From: Trichoplax adhaerens
Lineage: Eukaryota > Animalia > Placozoa
Assembly (NCBI RefSeq): GCF_000150275.1
Contig: NW_002060944.1
Coordinates: forward strand, 7,516,735 to 7,580,734
Length of the DNA: 64,000 nucleotides
Direction of reading: 5' to 3'
This document shows, in pieces, positions 53,890 to 64,000 of this stretch (the stretch's first letter is position 1; the number at the start of each line of letters is the position of its first letter). The notes under the pieces are model-generated. The model made no database searches. It saw only the letters and a list, made by a program, of their open reading frames with translations, and was not told the DNA's origin. A program made the position numbers and the translations under genes.

Positions 53890-55152
53890 AGTGTACTGTA
53901 CACTGTGCACTATGTACTGTACACTCTACAGTAGTCTAGAGTTGTAAACAATATTATTCTACTCTCTCTTGTGCTTCAGTTGTCCACCCCAAACACTACG
54001 TGCTGTCGTGGTGTAAAACAGTCTAGTGATACCGCAGCTCAAGAATGGAAAAAAGTCCCCAATTTTACAAGCTATACAGTACAGTACAGTACCTACAGTA
54101 CTGTAATAATGTACTGTACACTGTAAAGTCCGATTATTTTCCATGGCACCCTTGGCCCTTGGTTCAAAAAATCAAAGTTGAACTCTGTTCTAGAATATTG
54201 ATATCTACACCCGTAGAAGAATATCTCCACAGATACAACTACATATAGAATTGATGTAGTTTGGTCCTGATTGAACTTATACAATTCTATCTTTTCAGGG
54301 TGCCATCGAAATAAATTAGATTGTACATTGTACAGCAAGGAACACAATCAGACTGCAAGTAGTTGATGGAATGGCTCTTAGGCTCTTCCACAACATCCTG
54401 TCCGTCAAATCAATCCCGTGTATTGTACACTATATAGTATACAGCGGAGACTGACATACTGTACTGTACAGTACTGTCAACTTTGACTTACAGAACATAT
54501 ACACTTATTATATAGTACGTTAACAGGGTCTCCAATCAGTCGTCCTTGTCACCATTTTCGATTTCAATGGTCAGTTATTAATGAAGGAATGTTGATTATA
54601 ACCGACAGTGTATAAATCCAATTTCAAATGATTTATTGGAGTTTTACTGTGAGAGCGGCACTGTAATTTTCACCTTTACACATGCATTGCCCACCCTAAG
54701 CAATAAACCATAGGAATAAATACCAATGAATTTCTTGCTAGTCCAATGCATCCAACTCGTCACTTATTCAACTACACATTCAACACCGATACTATAGTAT
54801 CTGGCAGCCAAGAGCTCAGTATACTATACTGTACGGTAATCGCCGCCCGATGGTCAGTTACGGTTAGTCCAGTTGAAATGAGCAGCAAAATACTGTAGCC
54901 GATGGACAGTACTGTACACTGTACACAGTACTGTACAGTACAGTGTACAGTACACTAGTTCCCAGTTCTACAGTACTGTACTGTACGATAAAGATCTACG
55001 GCCGTCCGACTCATACTGTCCAGAACAACGATCTTCTTGTACTGTACTGTACTGTAGGAAACATTTTTGACATTCTGGATCCCTCTACTGTGTACAGTAC
55101 GGTACAGTACAGTACTGTAGCAGTAGCCTGTGACTGTACTGTACTGTACGTA
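53890..55152. repeat. TACAGTA/TACTGTA clusters in the CLEC16A / secreted-protein divergent promoter
   Basis: Clusters at ~53890-53935, 54074-54125, 54420-54478 and 54890-55152. Confidence 0.9.
54114..54335. mobile_element. Degenerate MITE-like element (~222 bp) with ~39 bp terminal inverted repeats
   Basis: Left arm CTGTACACTGTAAAGTCCGATTATTTTCCATGGCACCCT (54114-54152) versus the reverse complement of 54297-54335, CTGTACAATGTACAATCTAATTTATTTCGATGGCACCCT: 31/39 identical, ungapped. TA lies on the left flank and CA on the right; there is an internal hairpin AACTACAT...ATGTAGTT. Confidence 0.55.
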
Positions 55153-55265
55153 GTTTAGTCACATGACTGCAGTCAACCTTGCCCCCCGCACTGCGCTAGT
55201 AATGTAAAGCTATCTTGACACTATAGCAACATTTATAGTTCGTGCTCTCTTAGCTGAGTCGAAAA

Positions 55266-56453
55266 ATGGCTAGGCAATTCGAAAAACTGATTTTACTTTT
55301 GGTGATAATAACAATCCCTTCATGCCTGTCATTGAGCCTGATAGAGGGTCATTATCATACATGGTGGGCTGTAGTGCAGTTACCACGTCAAGATGTGCAA
55401 GATATGTTGCCGAAGAATATGCCAAATCGGAATTTCACACTGCAAAAACCCAAACTGAAGGGATTGAAAGATGCGATGCATCCTGTTGTATTCGAGTTGG
55501 GCACGGAAATTCACACAGGCCCTATCTTTCCTGGGTTTCTCCAAAAAACATTTACTGAATTCAAATTCGAAATTCCATGGGTAAATCAAGGTAATAAACG
55601 AAATATTTCCATCTTATACAGCAGTTATTTTGGATGCCTTGCGTATAGTGTAAACTCTATGCTATGGCTTGGCCTCGATTGTGTGCATGATGTTCTTGTA
55701 AATTACAGCACACTTAACAACATAGTACGTACTACCATGATACTACGTAGGTAGATTTAAAACCTTGACAAGTTTACCTGATGATGTAAATATGATAGTA
55801 ACGCATTTCTTTAGCAGGGGCTGTTGTGAACTGTACAAGATTATAGTTAATAATCAAGCCAAGCAGCACAGTACCAAATTTCTTCAATCTACAGTATTGT
55901 TTTAATATTCGTTCACTACCTACTATTGCAAGCAAATTGATAATATATTATTGTTTTTCCCCTCCTATCTCTAGCTGGAAAATCGACTCCCACTGTATAC
56001 AAGTACGTTATCTATACAAACAGCTCCTTTGAATCGTTTTCTACCAGAGAATTTTACAACTTAAATTCCGCTGCTATCAGAATGAACATGAGTGCCAATA
56101 GCTACTTTATGCAATACAAAGATACTTCATCCAAGCTACGTGCCGAATTCCAAAATCAGACTGCGAAGTTCAGCCCAGCTAGTAGCTATAAATATTTTAG
56201 CGTTTATCAACAAGTAATGTCGCAAGAATGGTTTGGCGATGCCGACCCAAAGACTTATACTTGTGCTAATCACCACTACGATTTTAGTACGACTAAAGTA
56301 CGACCAGCAAAAATGCAGTTAATGGTTTCTAATGGCCTTTTGCCTCCCAAATTTCCTACCAATAAATTGATTGCTACTCCAGGACTGAATCAGCCTCTTG
56401 GAACTGCTGAAGTTTTCACCACTTTCAAATTGACACTGCCTCATAGCTGTTAA
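55266..56453 (+). CDS. Uncharacterised secreted protein (~267 aa, 2 exons), possibly acetoacetate-decarboxylase-like fold
   Basis: Exon 55266-55590 (phase 1 donor GTAATA) joins exon 55975-56453 in frame, merging the two ORF-track pieces. Hydrophobic signal peptide MARQFEKLILLLVIITIPSCLS. The fold assignment rests on motif recall only. Confidence 0.7.
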
Positions 56454-57891
56454 ACCTAAATCAGGCTGTCGCAATGTCGTACCCTGGCCTCTTTCTACTA
56501 CTCCTTTTATACTGTAGTATAGGTAGAAAGCACTTAGTGAACAGACAGGAAATGTAGTGGAAAAAACTACGTTTTTACTAGCGACTTATAACCTACTCCG
56601 ATCTCGAAAAAGTTGATGAAGAAAATAAACATGTACTGTACATTGTGCAGTTATGTCCCTCATAGGGTATATCACTCGATTAAAGACTTATCCTACATGT
56701 CCATTCTGTCATATGATATGAGAGAAGTAGTTTTCTTAACTATAATTTTCAAGCCATCATTTCCGCCTAAAGTATACTGTACATACAGTGCGATGTATTC
56801 TTGCTCAACATCAGTTTCAACAACGGTACACTACTTGTAGCACGTGTAAACGGTAAAATATTTCGAGACAGTTGATATAGCAATTGATCGTACGTGCAGG
56901 TTTTCATCTATTTTATCGTAGATAGCAGCATCATTATTTCGAATACTGCTGAAGATACTGTAGACGATGGCAAAAAAGCGACCCTATTAAGATTACAAGA
57001 ATGTGTAAAAACAATCATTTTTTTAGAATAAAGTTCGAATTTTTTATTTGATATTCTAGAGTGTTTGCAAGTACTTGCATTTCGTATTAAAAGATCTTTA
57101 TATTTGAAGCAATAATAAATTACGTATATTTTATTCTGTATTGGTCTAATTGTAGTTATTAATGTGTTGCAGTTCTCTATTGGCTTTATGATAAATGGCT
57201 ACTGTATTAAAAAACTATATGAGTATCAGACTTATATAAGCTTTTGAGATCATTATTTACGATACCTGTTACTATTTTTCTACTGACTTAACAGTAAACT
57301 CAGTAGCGCTTGAAGACAGTTAATAATTCCGTACAGTGGCTGAACTTCGAAAAAGAAGCACACTATGCAGTGCCTTAACTACAGTTACCATATAATAATG
57401 TACTGTAGCCAAACTAATTAGCCCAGTGACGATTACTTTCAGGCTGATACTGTTTAACTATTGCCGATTGCTTTAATTAATTATTGTTTTACTGTAATGT
57501 ACTGTGCTTTCTTCATCTCGTCCATTTCCAAACGTCAGTGACCGCAACATCATATTTTATAGAAACAGAGTAAATTTTATTCATTCTGCATTAAATAGCC
57601 GTCATAGAAATATTGTAATATTACTTTATTAGGAATCTAGCGCCTATCTACAGCGAATAGGGAAAGATACAACATACAATAAAATCGAATTACAGCTCAC
57701 AAATTAACTGCAAAAAGTTATCGTCTGTTGCTGAACGAGTCGATTAACATAATTACACATATACGAATTACGACGTACAAACATAATAATGGAATATCAA
57801 TGTATATATTATTACAGCCACTACGATCGTAAGTATGTACGTCAACTAGCACGGTTTATGAGTACTAGAACTACCAGAGAGGTTATAGCGT

Positions 57892-60470
<2,579 letters not shown>

Positions 60471-60570
60471 TTTGACTTTTAGGAATTGTAGTTGCTTTGG
60501 AAGACAGACAAAAACTCACGCTTAACGATTTGAAAAATTTCAAGAACTAACCTTGTTCTACCGATTGACT

Positions 60571-60748
60571 CCTTTATATATCTTACGTTACTAAGCAACT
60601 GAGGTTGTCAACAGCAGACGTTGCTAAGTAGTAGCCAATCATGTTCCACCAAGACCATAGTAAACAACGGTTGCTGTGTCTATGATCGACCTTAGATACC
60701 GCTCACGATGACGCATCCTCTAGCGTTATTGACGGTTGCTATGGACAT
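60571..60748 (-). promoter_or_regulatory. Beta-tubulin promoter: TATA box plus X-boxes
   Basis: TATATAAAGG on the minus strand (~60571-60580), GTTACTAAGCAAC (60587-60599), CCAAT (~60635) and GTTGCTATGGACAT (60735-60748). Confidence 0.7.
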
Positions 60749-62319
60749 GTTGAATCTACATTTTACTATGTATTTCTATAGCCACGCATATACTGTACCG
60801 TACGGTATACTACCACTACACCACAATGTCCTTTCTCTTTCAACGTTGTTAGGCAGTTGCAGTCGTAGATTCACAATCTGCATCACCACCAGTAGTGCTC
60901 CAATACATTACTATCTAAGTAGTATCTAGGTAAATGATTTTAATTTTAATTTAAAATTAAAATTATTTATTTATTTTAGGTCTCTGCGTAGCAACGCTCA
61001 GTAGCTTTAGGCAGTCCAGTCCGTACAGGCTATGTAGCTACTGAATGTCAGTCTGAGACTTGTTTACCAGGTCGTATTTTAGTACTGCACTGTACTTTAA
61101 TAACTGTTCTAGTGCATAATAAATTAATTCAAATATAAATCCTAAATGCTCCACTGTACTCGTAAAAAACAAAATTCCACTTTTGACAGTAGATGCAGCA
61201 AACAAATACACGCTGTATTGTATCAATGTGATCTGCATGAATTATGAAAGACCCCAGGGTCTGTAGCATGAATATTGAATACTTTAGGTGTTTGCATGAT
61301 GTAGATTCATTATTATGCAAGGCAGTAAATAATACCGCAGTATCTATCTCATAGAGAGAAGGTTACTATAGCACAGGATGGGGGATGTGCACCATGGTGT
61401 GCACGATCTTCTGAATAGTTGTTATTATTAATTGCATGTTTTATTTGTAATTTAATTTAATTTATGAGACAATGTTTACTGTAAATGATGGTAGCCATTA
61501 TCATCTGCAGTACTGTCACACTGAAGACAGCTTGAGTACAACTCGAAATTCTGATAGACTTTCCATAGTAACCAGCGTAGTATTTGTTGTCCCCATTTTT
61601 TTATCCTCGTTTTCATACAGCTCCATTAGAATACTGTAGTAAAAATTATAATTATGACATAGCATTAGAACATAAAAATGGTCACATATTAGCGGTAAAA
61701 TGCCAATAAGGGCTTCTAATTACGTTAAAATAAAATTAATAATATTCATGTCCTATGTTGCTATTACAAGGATTTTCCATCATAATTAACGGGTACTACT
61801 AAAGTGCAGAAATTAATTAACTATACGATTTAGGTGCTGTGATTCGGATCGAAGATAGCTTGTGTACTGATCTAATTGTATTAAAAAGGACCACTTGTTG
61901 TGTTATTTCTCCTGCGATAATTTTCTTTCTTTTCTTTTATTTTATAAGAACATGTTTCCTATACTGTATTATGGGGAACTTAAGGCTCACTATTTCGCCT
62001 TCTATTCTCTAAAAGATGTGGAAGGACCACTTACTTGTGTTACTTTCAGTACAATGTGCCACGTATGATTTTTCTCCTTACTGTACAACAGATAGAACTG
62101 TAATGCATGCAATAACCACGATGCGATACCATCAGTGTGTATTCGCAGTACTATTTGAGTACCGCTGCAATCATCAGCCATCAGCTTTGATCAAGTATAA
62201 TAATTTGAGCATTTCATTTTATCACAGCAAATTCAAGGGACAGGTTGATTACCTACTGTTATTGATAACTGATACGTGCTGAATGCTTCTACAATATGAT
62301 CAAATTTGGAGCTGCATTT

Positions 62320-62990
62320 ATAGTACTGTAGGTGTTATTTCCAATGTACAGTGTACACTGTACAGTATAGTACTGTATTTGCAAAATCCGCCCTTTTAAA
62401 AAAGTTTTACGTATTGCAGATTAATTTCGATGTCATCACATGTAGTGGGATTCGAATACTCTGATTTTTATACTAAAATATTTAGATGAAAAGGAGAATT
62501 AAAAAAATGCTTACAAAAAATGAATCTCTCTAATGTTAGCAGGAATAGACTACGGTAAGTGGTACTGGTCTGTAGTAGTTCTCCAACAGTATCTTGTACT
62601 GTATACAGTATTACTGAATCCTCTAGGTATACAGTACAGTATATTGCGCTATACTGTACAGTGTACAGTGTACATTGGGTCATATCCAGCGTTTATCCAT
62701 TCACTGCTTAATGACAATTTCACCCAGTAATGCCCTTCGTCTCCTTAGTTAATTATTCGTATTTTCAAAATTATCAAAGAAATCAGGGTTACTGTGACTT
62801 AGTAGTGTGTAAATATGGGTCGAATAGTCCCTAGTTTGTCTTTTACAATCTTAAAAAGACGAATTTTTGACTGAGGGGACTAAATTCAAGAAGGGGGTTA
62901 CTGGTATGAAAGTCATTTACTGTAGCATTGAGTGAATATGTACTGTACAGTACAGTACTAAATTCACCTGCGAATTTACTGTACAGGGTC
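62320..62990. repeat. TACAGTA/TACTGTA clusters upstream of the putative 63.4 kb exon
   Basis: Clusters at ~62320-62378, 62595-62675 and 62940-62985. Confidence 0.8.
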
Positions 62991-63378
62991 AACGGGCTAA
63001 TTTCTATGATTTTTGGGCAAACCAACGTATAAAATTTGGGGGTTTCTTGAACAAATTGTAGATCAATCGATAGAGAAAGAGTTAATTTACAAGAATTTGT
63101 CGTTAAAATTTACTTACGACGTCTGCCTTCATTGTAATTATTATTATTAAGGTAGGCGAGCGGCTACAGTACAAAGTAAAAATGAAGATTTGATAGCATA
63201 TGGTATCACATACAACAATACAGGTACAGTATTGTGTATGAAGTATTATGCTATACTTAAGTACTGTATTAAAGTACAGTAGTGGAAATACGAGTTCAAG
63301 ACGGGCCAACAAGAAGCTCTTGCTAAATGGTCATCATTTATTTCCTAAATCAAGTGTCGATTTTGCGGAAGAAATAGA

Positions 63379-63484
63379 ATGAAGCGCATCGTGCATATCT
63401 TCAGCCGAGAACCCGGCCTGAAGGAAATAATTGCATCAATGCACAGAGATGTTGAATTGAAAGAGATTTGCCCACCATCTCCAG
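63379..63484 (+). CDS. Putative first coding exon of a gene continuing beyond the window
   Basis: ATG-initiated MKRIVHIFSREPGLKEIIASMHRDVELKEICPPSP ending at CAG|GT, downstream of TACAGTA clusters. No family recognised with confidence. Confidence 0.25.
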
Positions 63485-64000
63485 GTTCAATATAATATGA
63501 TGATACAGTGTGATGATGATATCTAAAAGAGCTCATCTAGTATGTGAAATATTTGTTTACCTGGATGATTTTTTGCTTGTTGTGCTCAAATGCAGCATTT
63601 GGCTCTATAAAATATTGCTACTATACGTGCATAGGCATATCGCGTTAGAGTAGGTGCCATTTGAGCTGTAAAGTACAGTATGTTACTATCTTTGTATCAG
63701 GTTAGGTTTTCATATGCGTTCATCATGTACATTGTACAGTACTGTACTGAGGTGGCTAGAACTTGCTAATCACTTGAGCTACTCTGCTTCAACTCAAGTT
63801 TGAAATAGGAATAGTAGCTTACGTTTCAGCTATTCTCCTAATTAGTATTATCGAACTAACTCTGTGGACAAGATGTCGTACAGAATTATTGAGCGAAATT
63901 GAGGCGAAGACGAAACTGCTTCAGCTAACCACCTATACACAGGATAGCTACAGCCAACAGTCATCTCGGGTATCATGCCAACGTTACAATTTCTATATAC

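Overview
AT-rich (about one third GC), intron-dense eukaryotic DNA from an early-branching animal. Short GT-AG introns, gene content and base composition suggest a placozoan such as Trichoplax (inference). Eight genes were reconstructed by hand from splice sites: TMC4-8/TMC7-like (+), conventional PKC (-), CFAP52/WDR16 (+), ATG12 (-), an intronless SOCS1/2/3/CIS-type gene (+) alone in an ~18 kb gene-poor block, CLEC16A (-), an uncharacterised secreted two-exon protein with acetoacetate-decarboxylase-like motifs (+), and beta-tubulin (-). A possible ninth gene starts near 63.4 kb. Main highlights: (1) the SOCS-CLEC16A tail-to-tail pair and the TMC-cPKC-SOCS linkage mirror human 16p13-p12 and its paralogons; (2) clustered STAT (GAS) sites lie upstream of SOCS; (3) promoter regions carry dense TACAGTA/TACTGTA arrays identical to Tc1/mariner excision footprints, with in-window evidence of CAGTA gains at a TA and a degenerate MITE; (4) RFX X-boxes mark both ciliary genes.
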